Shown one piece after another: positions 36,260-46,705 of a stretch of DNA of 64,000 nucleotides. The translations under genes and the position numbers were made by a program. Origin of the DNA: Candidatus Nezhaarchaeota archaeon (GTDB lineage: Archaea > Thermoproteota > Methanomethylicia > Nezhaarchaeales > WYZ-LMO8); assembly GCA_030055465.1 (NCBI GenBank), contig JASFYF010000001.1:698447-762446 (forward strand), given 5' to 3'. The notes beneath the pieces are model-generated. The model was not told the origin of the DNA and made no database searches. It saw only the letters and a program-made list of their open reading frames with translations. The stretch's first letter is position 1. Each line of letters opens with the position of its first letter.

Positions 36260-38635
36260 TTATTTAACCCTCTTTGCCTTGAGGGCCCCTTCAAGCAGCA
36301 CCCTCCTCTCAACCTGTGCGACCACCCTGCGTACCCTTGCAATCGCGTCGGGGTTGACGGATATGCTGTCAACGCCTTCCCTTACAAGCCACTCAACTAG
36401 GTCCTCCAGGTACGAGGGGCCTTGTCCGCATATGCTGACGGTAACCCCGTGTTTATGGGCCGTTCTTATCAGGTGCCTTATTGCTCTAAGGACTGCCGGG
36501 TCCCTCTCGTCGAAGTAGCGAGCGTCGAGCTTTGGAAGGACCTCGGAGTCCCTGTCAACTCCGAGGATCAGCTGGGTTAAGTCGTTGCTGCCTATGCTGA
36601 AGCCGTCAACGTACCTGCAGAACTCGTCGGCCATGAAGATCACGCTGGGAACCTCGGCCATGGCCCATACCTTGAAGTCCCTTCCCCTTTCGAGTCCCTC
36701 ATCCGCCATTATCTTCAGCACCTTCTCGGTCTCCCATGTTGTCCTCACAAACGGCAGCATGGCCCACACGTTCTTTAGGCCCCACTCGTCTCGAACCTTT
36801 TTTATTGCCCTGCACTCCAGCCTGAAGGCCTCCTCGTATTGAGGACTTATGTAGCGCGAGACTCCGCGGTACCCCAACATCGGGTTGCGCTCGAAGGGCT
36901 CGTACTTTTCTCCTCCCTTGAGCTCCCTGTACTCGTTGCTTTTGAAGTCGCTGAACCTGACGACAACGGGCCTGGGCTGCACCTGCCTTGCGACGGCCGC
37001 TATTCCTTCGGCTAGCTTCTCAACGAACTTGTTTCCCTCTCCCACCTCGATTAGGTGGACTGGGTGTTCCCCTATGTGGGCTGACATGATGAACTCTATG
37101 CGCATCAATCCTATGCCGTCGAAGGGAAGGTTTAAGTACTCCGATATCTTCTCGGGGACGCCCAGGTTCATGTATATCTTGGTGCCTGTAGGTATCGGGT
37201 ACTCCACAGGTTGCGGCGCGGAGCTGGGCCTTGCGGTTTCGCCTCTCTGCTTCGTGAGCTCCTCCACCGCCCCCTCGTACACGACCCCCGTTATGGCATC
37301 GACTGTGTATTCCCTGCCGGGTTCTAGGACTTTGGTTGCGTTTCCAGTTCCGACAATGGCTGGAATGCCCAGTTCACGGCTTACTATGGCTGCGTGGCAC
37401 GTTATTCCACCCTCATCGGTTATGATGGCGCCCGCAACCCTCATGTATGGAACCCAGTCGGGATTAGTCATGGACGTGACGAGTATGTCTCCCTTCTCAA
37501 GCAGCTGAGCGGCTTCCTCAACGTTCCTGACTATTTTGGCTTTGCCAGTCCAGACGCCGGGGCTTGCCGGCAACCCCTTCAGGGCAACCCTCTTTTCAAC
37601 CGCTACTGGCGGTAAAGGTCTCTCTTCGGCTCTTCTCTTGGAGGCCCACACCGTTTCCGGCCTCGACTGAACTATGAACACGTTTTCGGGGAACTCAATG
37701 TCGCCGTCTATGGCCCACTCGATGTCTTGGGGATGTCCGTAGTGCTGCTCTACTTTGACGGCTAGCTCTGCAAGCCTCCTAACTTCCCCGTCGGTTAGGC
37801 AGGGGATCCTCCTTTTTTCTGGTGGCACCTCAACCTTAACGGTTCCCCCAGTTAATGGATCCCATTTAAGCTCGAAGGGCTTATCGCTTATCTTCTTTTC
37901 AACTATTTCCAGGGTTTTCTTGTCCACTACGTATGTGTCGGGGGTTACGGAGCCGCTTACAATGGTCTCCCCTAAGCCCCAGCTTCCCTCTATGACTATC
38001 TTATCTTTTTCGCCCGTAACCGGGTGTATGGTGAACATGACTCCAGCTGCCTTTGAGTTGACCATCTTCTGAATTACGACGCTCATCAACACCTTGTCGT
38101 GCGGTATCTTCTTCTCATCACGATAGAATATGGCTCTGGAGGTGTAAAGTGATGACCAGCACTTCTTAACCTTCTCTAAAACCTCCTCTTCCCCCTTAAC
38201 GTTGAGGTACGTGTCTTGTTGGCCGGCGAAGCTTGCACCTGGGAGGTCCTCAGCCGTAGCTGAGCTTCGAACGGCCACAAGGGTTTTGGGAGCCCCCACC
38301 CTCTTGCAAAGCTTCCTGTAGTTCTCCTTTATGGCTTGGGCGATGTCGCTCGGCACCTCAATGTTCTCCATTAAGCTCCTTATCTTGGTGCTAACATCCT
38401 CGTATATCTGAGGGCTCCTCTCAACTACAAGCTTTCTTAAGAGCTCGTCAACCTTAATTTTTAAACCAGTCCTCTCAATGAACTCCTTATAAGCGTAAGA
38501 AGTTACAGCAAATCCCGGGGGGACGGGTATACCAGCCTTTGTGAGTTCCCCTAGGTTGGCGCTTTTTCCTCCAACCAATGATAGGTCGCCCTTATCTATC
38601 TCCTCAAACCATAGGACATAGGCTCTATCCCTCAT
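36260..38635 (-). CDS. ppsA: Phosphoenolpyruvate synthase (pyruvate, water dikinase)
   Basis: N-terminal ATP-grasp GGKSANLGEL, phospho-His domain and C-terminal PEP-utilising domain. 791 aa. Confidence 0.9.
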   Translation of the reverse strand: MRDRAYVLWFEEIDKGDLSLVGGKSANLGELTKAGIPVPPGFAVTSYAYKEFIERTGLKIKVDELLRKLVVERSPQIYEDVSTKIRSLMENIEVPSDIAQAIKENYRKLCKRVGAPKTLVAVRSSATAEDLPGASFAGQQDTYLNVKGEEEVLEKVKKCWSSLYTSRAIFYRDEKKIPHDKVLMSVVIQKMVNSKAAGVMFTIHPVTGEKDKIVIEGSWGLGETIVSGSVTPDTYVVDKKTLEIVEKKISDKPFELKWDPLTGGTVKVEVPPEKRRIPCLTDGEVRRLAELAVKVEQHYGHPQDIEWAIDGDIEFPENVFIVQSRPETVWASKRRAEERPLPPVAVEKRVALKGLPASPGVWTGKAKIVRNVEEAAQLLEKGDILVTSMTNPDWVPYMRVAGAIITDEGGITCHAAIVSRELGIPAIVGTGNATKVLEPGREYTVDAITGVVYEGAVEELTKQRGETARPSSAPQPVEYPIPTGTKIYMNLGVPEKISEYLNLPFDGIGLMRIEFIMSAHIGEHPVHLIEVGEGNKFVEKLAEGIAAVARQVQPRPVVVRFSDFKSNEYRELKGGEKYEPFERNPMLGYRGVSRYISPQYEEAFRLECRAIKKVRDEWGLKNVWAMLPFVRTTWETEKVLKIMADEGLERGRDFKVWAMAEVPSVIFMADEFCRYVDGFSIGSNDLTQLILGVDRDSEVLPKLDARYFDERDPAVLRAIRHLIRTAHKHGVTVSICGQGPSYLEDLVEWLVREGVDSISVNPDAIARVRRVVAQVERRVLLEGALKAKRVK

Positions 38636-38718
38636 TATTCTCAGCCTCTACCTACATTAAAGGCATTGCTGGTTGGTTACCTTTCCTTGGCTTTATGGGA
38701 TTTAAGCGTTGCGATGCC

Positions 38719-39042
38719 CTATGGCTTCTTCACCCTTGCATAGTAGCCGAACTCCTTATGTGAACCGAAGCTTTCAAGGCCCTGTGAGTAGAGCTGATCC
38801 TTCAACTCTGAGGCCCTGAACCGGGATATCTGGTTGGTCCTCTCAAGGTAGTCTATGACCTCCTCGGCCTCCTTGAGGCTCCTGCACCTTCTTATGTAAT
38901 CGACCGCGTCGGGCATGCCGGATTGGAGGCCTTCACCGTTGGTCCTAGACCCTCTTATGGTTAGGCGCATAACCCCCTCTTCGAGCTCCCTAGCCAAGCT
39001 GGGGTATTTCTTCCTCAGCGTCTCGACGTCTATTTCAACCAT
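38719..39042 (-). CDS. Conserved hypothetical protein (107 aa), stop/start adjacent to the YchF-like GTPase
   Basis: ORF abuts the upstream GTPase gene with a 1-nt gap; likely co-transcribed. Confidence 0.4.
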   Translation of the reverse strand: MVEIDVETLRKKYPSLARELEEGVMRLTIRGSRTNGEGLQSGMPDAVDYIRRCRSLKEAEEVIDYLERTNQISRFRASELKDQLYSQGLESFGSHKEFGYYARVKKP

Positions 39043-39043
39043 G

Positions 39044-40264
39044 CTATTTTCTCCTCAACCTCTTAGCCGTCACAATACATATCACGTCGTTCTCGTTTAA
39101 AACGCTGTCCCCTCCAAGCCTAACCCCCCTCTTCACGTCGATGGCGTATATGAAGCCCTCCGCCAGCTCGGTGTGCACGATGTGGGCCAACTCCTTGGCT
39201 GTTGTCCCCCGCGGGACGAGGTGCACGTCGGGAAGCACGTTTCCTTCCCCGTCGCTTAGGCGGTTTGGATCTGCAACTGGGTAGACGGGGATGAGGTCAA
39301 GCTTTTTAAAGTACATGCGATTGAGGACTTCTTGAACTCCCGTGGACCCCCAAACCTTTAGGGTGCGCTCCTCTATCATTGTAAGGGCGTTTAGCTGCTG
39401 CTCCGTTAGCCTTCCCCTATCGGCTATGCTGAACGAGCTGTCGCCGGGAGTGTACTTTATCAGTCCCCTCTCCGCTGCCCTTCGCAGCGCAAGCTCCGCC
39501 TCGGCGCTACACGGAACCACGTTTTCGTCACCGTATTCCTCCTTAAGCCTCTTAACGTTGTAGCGGCTTTCAGGAAAATCAGATTTGTTCGCGGCGATTA
39601 CGTAGGGTTTGGATATGTCGATGAGCTTTTCGACGCACATCTTAACGTCGTCGCCGCTCCAGCTTCCAGGCTTCTTGTTCGCCAGATCGAGCTCTTGGAG
39701 GGTCCTGCTCACGTGCTTCGCGCTGATTTTCAAACCGCTTAGCCTCGAGGATAGGACGTCCTCGATATTCGCGGGGCCGTGCTCCACCATCTTGACGATC
39801 TTGCTCCAGTCCCTCTCAATCATGCCTAGAACCCAGAGCTTTACCTCTTCGCGTATCATCTTGACGTCTTGTAGGGGATCGTGACTTCCCGGCGGGCATG
39901 GCCTGCCCTCAGCGTCCGTTGAACCCGAGGCGTCTACAACGTGTATTATGCCGTCGGCGTTGCGCATCTCGTCTAGGAATTTGTTGCCGAGGCCTCTGCC
40001 CTCGTGGGCCCCTGGAACCAGCCCCGCTAGATCGATAACCCTCACTGGGATGTACCTGATGCCGTCCACGCAGATGGAGTTTCGCGGGTTATCCTTCACG
40101 CCGAGCTCTTGGCATGCGCACTTCACCCTTAAGTAGGCTATGCCCACGTTTGGCTTTATTGTCGTGAAAGGCCTTGGCTCTGTCTTCACTGGAAGCATTG
40201 TGAGGGCGCTGAAGAGCGTGCTCTTGCCGACGTTGGTTTTGCCGACGAGCGCTACCTCCGGCAT
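39044..40264 (-). CDS. Obg-like ATPase/GTPase, YchF/OLA1 family, with C-terminal TGS-like domain
   Basis: P-loop VALVGKTNVGKSTLFSALT, DLAGLVPGAHEGRGLGNKFL, NKSD. Confidence 0.7.
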   Translation of the reverse strand: MPEVALVGKTNVGKSTLFSALTMLPVKTEPRPFTTIKPNVGIAYLRVKCACQELGVKDNPRNSICVDGIRYIPVRVIDLAGLVPGAHEGRGLGNKFLDEMRNADGIIHVVDASGSTDAEGRPCPPGSHDPLQDVKMIREEVKLWVLGMIERDWSKIVKMVEHGPANIEDVLSSRLSGLKISAKHVSRTLQELDLANKKPGSWSGDDVKMCVEKLIDISKPYVIAANKSDFPESRYNVKRLKEEYGDENVVPCSAEAELALRRAAERGLIKYTPGDSSFSIADRGRLTEQQLNALTMIEERTLKVWGSTGVQEVLNRMYFKKLDLIPVYPVADPNRLSDGEGNVLPDVHLVPRGTTAKELAHIVHTELAEGFIYAIDVKRGVRLGGDSVLNENDVICIVTAKRLRRK

Positions 40265-40370
40265 CGCATCACCAGGTCCTACTCCTCAATTATAATTGCT
40301 GTAGGCATCCCAGCTACTTAAAGATACTTTAAAAATAAATAGGTGAGCTAAGGATATATCGTGTTTCAAG

Positions 40371-41309
40371 GTGTTGGAAATGGCGTTTAAAGTGTTGGTA
40401 ACCGACAGCGTGCACGAGGCTTGCGCCTCAGTACTGAGGTCCAAGGGCTGCATCGTCGAGGTTAAACAGTCGTTAAACAAGGAGGAGCTGCTCAAGGCGG
40501 TTAAGGAGTTCGACGCAATCATAGTTAGAAGCAAGACCAAGCTTACGAGGGACGTGATAGCTGAGGCCAACAGCCTGAGAGTCATAGGGAGGGCGGGCGT
40601 TGGGCTGGACAACATAGACGTGGCGGCGGCCTCCGAGAAGAACATAAAGGTTGTATCCACGCCTCAGGCATCCACGGTCGCCGTCGCCGAGGCGACGATG
40701 GCCCTCATGCTTTCCCTGGCCAGAATGGTGCCCGACGCCGTCAAATCGTTGAGGGATGGTCTCTGGCTTAAGAACAAGTTCATGGGGTTTGAGCTTAGGG
40801 GGAAAGTTCTGGGCGTCGTGGGCTTCGGCAGGATAGGCAAGGCCGTGGCGAAGAGGGCTTTGGCCTTTGAAATGAGGGTTTTGGCGTACGACATTAAGGA
40901 TGTAAGCGGTGAGGCCGCCCTCCTAGGGGTTGAGGTTGTGCCAACGCTTGAGGAGCTGTTGAAGAAGAGCGACATCGTGACGCTCCACCTGCCGCTCAAT
41001 AAGAGCACGCACCACATGATAGGCGAGAGGGAGATATCGATGATGAAGGACGGGGCTATAATAGTCAACACCTCAAGGGGAAGCATAGTGGATTCCAAGG
41101 CGCTCTTGAAGGCATTGAAGAATGGAAAGCTGGCGGGCGCGGCGCTGGACGTGTTCGAGAGCGAGCCCCCTCAAGGTGAGGAGCTGGAGCTTGTAAGGCT
41201 CCCCAACGTCGTTGCAACTCCCCACATAGCCTCCCAGACGGTTGAGGCGCAGGTGGACGCCGGCATCATGATAGCCGAGGAGGTTTTAAAAGCCCTCAAC
41301 ACCTCATAG
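40371..41309 (+). CDS. D-isomer-specific 2-hydroxyacid dehydrogenase (D-3-phosphoglycerate dehydrogenase-like)
   Basis: NAD-binding GVVGFGRIGKAVAKRA, with catalytic R/E/H positions. Confidence 0.75.
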   Translation: MLEMAFKVLVTDSVHEACASVLRSKGCIVEVKQSLNKEELLKAVKEFDAIIVRSKTKLTRDVIAEANSLRVIGRAGVGLDNIDVAAASEKNIKVVSTPQASTVAVAEATMALMLSLARMVPDAVKSLRDGLWLKNKFMGFELRGKVLGVVGFGRIGKAVAKRALAFEMRVLAYDIKDVSGEAALLGVEVVPTLEELLKKSDIVTLHLPLNKSTHHMIGEREISMMKDGAIIVNTSRGSIVDSKALLKALKNGKLAGAALDVFESEPPQGEELELVRLPNVVATPHIASQTVEAQVDAGIMIAEEVLKALNTS

Positions 41310-41371
41310 ATGCTCGGGAGCTCGGGCGCCGTGTCGAGTCTATACGTGAACCCCGGCGGTGGATTGAAGGT

Positions 41372-42163
41372 ATGGCCGCGCCTTCCCCCGAGCAGGTATT
41401 AGCGAACTCGGGTTTGACGCCACTGGAGGCGAGGGTTTACCTGTACCTGAATGAGAACCCGAATAAGAGGGACAGCGAGATAGGCGACGCCTTGGGCATA
41501 CCCCTACCGGATGTGAGGAAAGCCCTATCATCGCTCAGGTCGAGGGGGCTTGTCAAGGCCGTAGAGCGCGACGGGTACGATGCGGTGCCGCCTTCGAAGG
41601 CCTTTGAGATTCTGGTGGACCTGAAGACCAGGGACATGGAGCTCGCCTTGTCCAGCATTAGGAGGCAGCTTCACTCGATAAGGGAGTCGCTGGAGAAGAG
41701 GTACTGGGTGAGCAGGTACGGGATAAGCGAGGAGCAGCTCCTCGAGTCCCTGGAGGACCTGAGAAGCATGGAAGCCGTAACCGCCAGGCTAATGGCTGAA
41801 GCCACCGAGGAGATACTGGTGTTCACCGCCTCCTTCGAGTGGTACAACAAGGTCAGGGAGACTTTAACCTCCTCTCTTCAACGTGGGGTGAGGGTTAGGG
41901 TGCTGATGCGCGTGGTTGATGAGCCGTCCAGGTTGAGGGCCAGGGAGCTCCTCGAGAGGGGGGTTGAGGTTAGAAGCGCCGTGGAGGGCTGGTACCCCGT
42001 TAGGGGGACGCTGGTTGATGAGAGCAGGCTCGTCTTCCTCATATGGGCTACCGAGGAAAAACTCTCATGCTTTAGGCCTCACTACACCGAGAACCGAGGA
42101 TTGATAAAGGTGTTCCTAGACTCCTTTGAGCACAGGTGGGCTAGGGCCTCCAGCATAGCTTAG
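41372..42163 (+). CDS. TrmB-like HTH transcriptional regulator
   Basis: N-terminal winged helix LTPLEARVYLYL...; 263 aa. Confidence 0.45.
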   Translation: MAAPSPEQVLANSGLTPLEARVYLYLNENPNKRDSEIGDALGIPLPDVRKALSSLRSRGLVKAVERDGYDAVPPSKAFEILVDLKTRDMELALSSIRRQLHSIRESLEKRYWVSRYGISEEQLLESLEDLRSMEAVTARLMAEATEEILVFTASFEWYNKVRETLTSSLQRGVRVRVLMRVVDEPSRLRARELLERGVEVRSAVEGWYPVRGTLVDESRLVFLIWATEEKLSCFRPHYTENRGLIKVFLDSFEHRWARASSIA

Positions 42164-42177
42164 CCCGGTGGCCTCAG

Positions 42178-42630
42178 GTGAACTTCGCAGTAGCGCTGTC
42201 GGTTGAGTACTCAGCCTTCAGCCACGCAACCGAGGATCAGGATAAGGTTTTGAAGGCCGTGGAGAACCTGGTGCCCCCGAGGCTTAGGGGGCGAGGAGAG
42301 CTTGCAGTTGAAGATACCTTGGGGCACCACCAGAACCCTATACGCATATTCAAGGTGTCCTTCCGAAATCCCGAGCAAGCCATGCAGGCTTTATCCTGGC
42401 TCTTGGGAGGCTTGCCGGGGACGGACAGGGAACGCTTAATTGAAAGCGTGGACCTGCACTTGGACGAGAAGCTGAAGCTCTACATGAGGCTAGACAAGCA
42501 GGAGGCCTACCTGGGGAGGTTCAAGCTCGCCTCGGGGGACGACGTTGTGAAGGTAAAGTTCAGCTTTAAGGGGTCCAGGGAAGCAGTTAGGCAGCTCCTC
42601 GAGAGGCTTTCGGGGGAAGCCTTGGGGTAG
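42178..42630 (+). CDS. COG1325/DUF54 predicted RNA-binding protein, often linked to RNase P and exosome genes
   Basis: Position immediately upstream of the Rpp30-like and Pop5-like ORFs. Confidence 0.45.
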   Translation: MNFAVALSVEYSAFSHATEDQDKVLKAVENLVPPRLRGRGELAVEDTLGHHQNPIRIFKVSFRNPEQAMQALSWLLGGLPGTDRERLIESVDLHLDEKLKLYMRLDKQEAYLGRFKLASGDDVVKVKFSFKGSREAVRQLLERLSGEALG

Positions 42631-42660
42631 GAGGTTGAAGTCATACCAACAAGGCGCTAC

Positions 42661-43365
42661 GTGGACCTGCACGTCAGGTTGAGCTGCGGAGGCGACCCGC
42701 CGGAGCTGCTGATCGGCATGGCAAGGCACTTGGGCTACTCGCTCATCGCCTTGTCCCTAGAGAAGGAGCCGCGCGGCGCCCCCCTTGAGGGCTTAAGGAG
42801 CCTAAGCCGCGAGGCGGGCTTGGACCTAGCGTTTAGGCTCGACTTGAAGCCCTCAAGCCCCGGCGAGCTGAAGGCTTGGCTGAGCAGGTTTAGGCGCAGG
42901 TTTGAGGTTATAGCGGTTTACTGCGGCAACGTGGCTGTAGCTAGAACCGCAGCGAGGGACCGCAGGATCGACGTGACGTTCTACGACCTGGAGAACCTGC
43001 CCTCACTGCTCGACGAGGGCCAGATGAGCCTGCTGCAGGAGCACGGGAAGCACATCGAATTCAACCTCTCAGACATGCTAGGCCTACCAGTCGACAAGCA
43101 GTGGAAGGCGCTGTGGAGCTACAGGTACGCGTTTAAGGAGGCCAAGAGGAGGGGCATCCCCATAGTATTCTCCTCGGGCGCCTCGAGGATTACGGATATG
43201 AGGGCTCCCAGGGAGCTTTCAGCCGTGGCCTCAATGCTCCTCGAGGACGCTTCCTTGGCGAGGAGCTCGGTTTCCCTGATACCGGCGAGGATTGTGGACG
43301 AGAACAGGGGTAAGCTGGGCTCCGCGTTTGTGCAGCCAGGTGTGAGGGTGGTGGACGAATGGTGA
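42661..43365 (+). CDS. rnp3: RNase P protein component 3 (Rpp30-like, TIM barrel)
   Basis: Gene-order inference (DUF54-Rpp30-Pop5). N-terminus DLHV. Confidence 0.5.
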   Translation: MDLHVRLSCGGDPPELLIGMARHLGYSLIALSLEKEPRGAPLEGLRSLSREAGLDLAFRLDLKPSSPGELKAWLSRFRRRFEVIAVYCGNVAVARTAARDRRIDVTFYDLENLPSLLDEGQMSLLQEHGKHIEFNLSDMLGLPVDKQWKALWSYRYAFKEAKRRGIPIVFSSGASRITDMRAPRELSAVASMLLEDASLARSSVSLIPARIVDENRGKLGSAFVQPGVRVVDEW

Positions 43366-43754
43366 AGAGGATTCGGTGGCGCTACTTGGTCCTCCACGTC
43401 CATGCGCCGCTAGACCTTGAAGCCCGGGACCTCGAGAGGTCGCTGAGAGGTCACATCCGGATGTTCCTAGGAGTCTACGGCTTGTCGAGGTGTCCCTTCA
43501 AGCTTGTAGCCTACGATAGGGAGGGCAAGATCGGCATTGTCAGGTGCCCGCACGACTCGGTTGAGGCTTTGAGGGCGGCCTTGGCCTTTCTGAGCGATAT
43601 AGGCGGTGTGCCCTCCTCGCTGCACGTGGTGAAATCCTCCGGGACGATTAAGAAGGCCAGGAAAGTAGTGGAGGGCTACGTTGAAAAGCTTAAATCCCAC
43701 TGGGCCCTATTGGAGTTGGGGATGAAGAAGCCGTCCCAGGCTACAGAGAAGTGA
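43359..43754 (+). CDS. rnp2: RNase P protein component 2 (Pop5-like)
   Basis: RWRYLVLHV N-terminus resembles Pop5 (RYIAFEV). Operon position. Confidence 0.5.
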   Translation: MVKRIRWRYLVLHVHAPLDLEARDLERSLRGHIRMFLGVYGLSRCPFKLVAYDREGKIGIVRCPHDSVEALRAALAFLSDIGGVPSSLHVVKSSGTIKKARKVVEGYVEKLKSHWALLELGMKKPSQATEK

Positions 43755-43827
43755 AGAACTCGCGACGAGCTGACCCCTAAAGCGCCCTTATCCTTCAACA
43801 AGCCTCCGAGGCTTTCAACATTTAAAT

Positions 43828-45162
43828 ATGCCCACGGGACAGTTAGATCGTCTTCCGCAAATCGTTGAAGGGGAGTCTCCGGAAATGAACCGGGTTGATG
43901 TGTTGCGTGACGAGCACTTGACGTTCGCGGAGAAAATCCTAACGTTGAAGCAGGTGGAGGAGAACGTCATTAAGCGGTCGGGCGAGATAGCGGTGGTTTC
44001 GGTTGATCTGGCCGCCGGCCAGGATGGAACGTCGCCTCTAGCGATAAAGGTATTCAGGGAGATGGGTGGGGGGAAGGTTTGGAACCCGGATAAAGCCCTA
44101 TTGGTGATCGACCACACCTACCCCTCCGCTTCATCGCAAATATCGGACCTGCACAAGCTGATGCGGTCCTTCGCTCGAGAGCAAGGCATAAGGCTTGTTG
44201 AGGGAAGCGTAATACACCAGGTGCTGCTTGAGGACTACGTGGCACCCGGCATGCTTGTGGTCGGCGCCGACTCCCACACGACGACTCACGGGGCCCTCGG
44301 AGCCTTTGCCACTGGCATAGGAAGCACGGAGCTCGCCGCCGTGTGGCTTGAAGGCAGCATATGGCTTAAGGTTCCCGAAACCCTGAGGGTGCGCCTCGAT
44401 GGGAGCCTGCCGAAGGGGGTCTATGCGAAGGACATAGCGTTAGCGTTCATCGGGCAGGTGGGCGCTGACGGCGCAAACTACAAGTCGGTTGAGTGGCGGG
44501 GGGATGCAATCTCAAAGCTTTCGGTGGCTTCGAGGGCAACCCTCTGCAACATGAGTATGGAGGCTGGAGCTAAAAACGCCGTCGTGGAGTACGACTCCGT
44601 AGCCAAGAGCTACCTTGAAGAGGTTGGAAGGAGCCCGTTTGTGGTGGTGGAGTCGGGCAAGAAGGCGGAGGTGGAGGAGATAAGCGTGGATTGCTTCAAG
44701 CTGGAGCCGGTTGTCGCCGCTCCAAGCAGGGTGGACAACGTGAAGGCCGTGAGGGAGGTTGAGGGCACGCCGATCGACCAGGCATTCATAGGCAGCTGCA
44801 CTAATGGGCGGCTGGAAGACCTCGTAGAGGCAGCCAAGGTGCTGCGCGGCAGGAAGGTAAAGGATGGGGTTAGGCTCATAGTCACCCCGGCTTCGAGAAG
44901 GGTGTACTACGAAGCCCTGAGGCTTGGAGTTCTTGAAGCGCTCTTCAAAGCTGGTGCGGTGATAACGAACCCCACGTGCGGTGCGTGCGTGGGCACTCAC
45001 TTGGGGATTCTGGGTGAAGGCGAGGTGGCGATATCTTCAAGCAACAGGAACTTTATAGGGAGGATGGGACATCCCAAGTCCCAGGTTTACTTGGCCTCCC
45101 CGGCGACCGTTGCCGCCTCGGCCGTTAGGGGAGCAATATCGGATCCGAGGGACCTGCTATGA
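43828..45162 (+). CDS. leuC: 3-isopropylmalate/homoaconitate dehydratase large subunit (aconitase family)
   Basis: Aconitase-family Cys ligands (GSCTNGR, CGACVG). 444 aa. Confidence 0.8.
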   Translation: MPTGQLDRLPQIVEGESPEMNRVDVLRDEHLTFAEKILTLKQVEENVIKRSGEIAVVSVDLAAGQDGTSPLAIKVFREMGGGKVWNPDKALLVIDHTYPSASSQISDLHKLMRSFAREQGIRLVEGSVIHQVLLEDYVAPGMLVVGADSHTTTHGALGAFATGIGSTELAAVWLEGSIWLKVPETLRVRLDGSLPKGVYAKDIALAFIGQVGADGANYKSVEWRGDAISKLSVASRATLCNMSMEAGAKNAVVEYDSVAKSYLEEVGRSPFVVVESGKKAEVEEISVDCFKLEPVVAAPSRVDNVKAVREVEGTPIDQAFIGSCTNGRLEDLVEAAKVLRGRKVKDGVRLIVTPASRRVYYEALRLGVLEALFKAGAVITNPTCGACVGTHLGILGEGEVAISSSNRNFIGRMGHPKSQVYLASPATVAASAVRGAISDPRDLL

Positions 45163-45668
45163 GCGTGATAAGGGGTAGGGCTTGGAAGTTCGGGGACAAT
45201 GTCGACACCGACGTTATTATACCCTTCAAGTACAAGGCGAGAACGCTGGATCCCAAGGAGCTCGCCGAGCACGTTATGGAGGGCTTGGATCCCGAATTCG
45301 CCAAGAAGGTTAAGCCCGGAGACGTGATAGTGGCCGGCAAGAACTTCGGGTGCGGCTCAAGCAGGGAGCAGGCGCCCCTAGCTATAAAGGCTGCTGGGGT
45401 GGCAGCCGTGGTAGCCGAGAGCTTCGCTCGAATATTCTTCAGGAACGCGATAAACATCGGGCTGCCCGTCTTGGAGGTTAAGGGAATCTCGGGGAAAGTT
45501 GACGAGGGAGACGTAGTCGAGGTGGACCTGTTCGCAGGCGAGGTGAGGAACGCAACGAAGAACGTGGCCTTCAAGGCCTCACCGTTGCCTCCCACAGTTA
45601 TGGAGATACTGAGGGCTGGCGGGCTGGTCAACTACCTTAAAAGGCGCAGAAAGAGGGAGGATCAGTAG
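45159..45668 (+). CDS. leuD: 3-isopropylmalate/homoaconitate dehydratase small subunit
   Basis: [11 protein letters not shown] and [14 protein letters not shown]. Overlaps leuC. Confidence 0.8.
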   Translation: MSVIRGRAWKFGDNVDTDVIIPFKYKARTLDPKELAEHVMEGLDPEFAKKVKPGDVIVAGKNFGCGSSREQAPLAIKAAGVAAVVAESFARIFFRNAINIGLPVLEVKGISGKVDEGDVVEVDLFAGEVRNATKNVAFKASPLPPTVMEILRAGGLVNYLKRRRKREDQ

Positions 45669-46705
45669 AGCCTGGAGAGGACCCCTAAGCTCTCATCCGT
45701 TTTCTTTACTGAGGCTCTCCAATCCTTCTCCAGCTCGGTGAGCGCCCTGATGGCATCCACGTTGTCCGGTATGACGTTGGACTCGTTCGGCGTCGCCCAC
45801 ATTAGGTAGGATTCCCTCCGGTTCACTGCGATGCTCTCCTCCCACACCGGTATCTCGTATAGGTCGCCGCGGGGCCTGCCCAGGTCCCTCGCCAGCTCCA
45901 CTATGGAGTTTAAGGCCTCAACACCATCTTGTCCTCTGACGAGGACCACGCGCGGCTCCTCCTCGAGCGCGGCGATTATCCCTTCCTTCGAGGCCTCCTT
46001 CCTAGTTTCAACGATGCAGAAGTGGATGTGGCAGAGGTTGTGCGATCCCTTCGCAGCCATGGTCACAATGTCGAGGTCGTGAAGCACGGTTTTGACGTCA
46101 GGGCCATGGTGGGATGGGACGTGGAGTTCCGGAACTATGGTGTTTATAACTCCGGACTTGTGGGATTCCCACACGTCGCAGGCCCTTCGAACTATGGTTA
46201 CTCTCGCCTTGGCTACTCCGTAAGCCTTGTTGAGCGCGTTTAAAACCCTGCAGAGGGCGGTTGTGTTGCAGCTGACGACCCTTGTGAACTGCTTTCCGAG
46301 GCTTTCATCGTAGTTGCAGGTGGCCACAAACGATGTTCCCGCGGTCTCATGGGCCTCCCCGCCCTCGAAAACGGCCTTGACGCCGTGCTTCAAGTAGAGC
46401 TCCTTGTTTTTGGCCCCAACCTTCGCAGGTGCGCAGTCGACCACGACGTCGACGTCCTTTATGGCCTCGGTTATTAGGCCCTCAACCTTCACGCCCCCCC
46501 TCCTCATGGAGTCAGCCCTGTCAGGCGATGAGCAGTAAACCCTAAAGCCCTTCTTCAACGCCATTTTAACTCTCCAGTCGGCGACTACGTCTGAGACCCC
46601 GACGAGCTCCATGTCCTCTTGCCTGGCAACGGCGTCGGCAACCCTTTTGCCTATGACCCCGTAGCCGTTCACGAGGACCCTTACCTTGGCCTTAGCCATC
46701 TTCAT
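45662..46705 (-). CDS. gap: Glyceraldehyde-3-phosphate dehydrogenase (archaeal type)
   Basis: [26 protein letters not shown]. Confidence 0.85.
   Translation of the reverse strand: MKMAKAKVRVLVNGYGVIGKRVADAVARQEDMELVGVSDVVADWRVKMALKKGFRVYCSSPDRADSMRRGGVKVEGLITEAIKDVDVVVDCAPAKVGAKNKELYLKHGVKAVFEGGEAHETAGTSFVATCNYDESLGKQFTRVVSCNTTALCRVLNALNKAYGVAKARVTIVRRACDVWESHKSGVINTIVPELHVPSHHGPDVKTVLHDLDIVTMAAKGSHNLCHIHFCIVETRKEASKEGIIAALEEEPRVVLVRGQDGVEALNSIVELARDLGRPRGDLYEIPVWEESIAVNRRESYLMWATPNESNVIPDNVDAIRALTELEKDWRASVKKTDESLGVLSRLY

Noticed and set aside
36885-37508. 207-aa ORF antisense to ppsA
   Set aside because: Embedded in the PEP synthase CDS. Compositionally biased.
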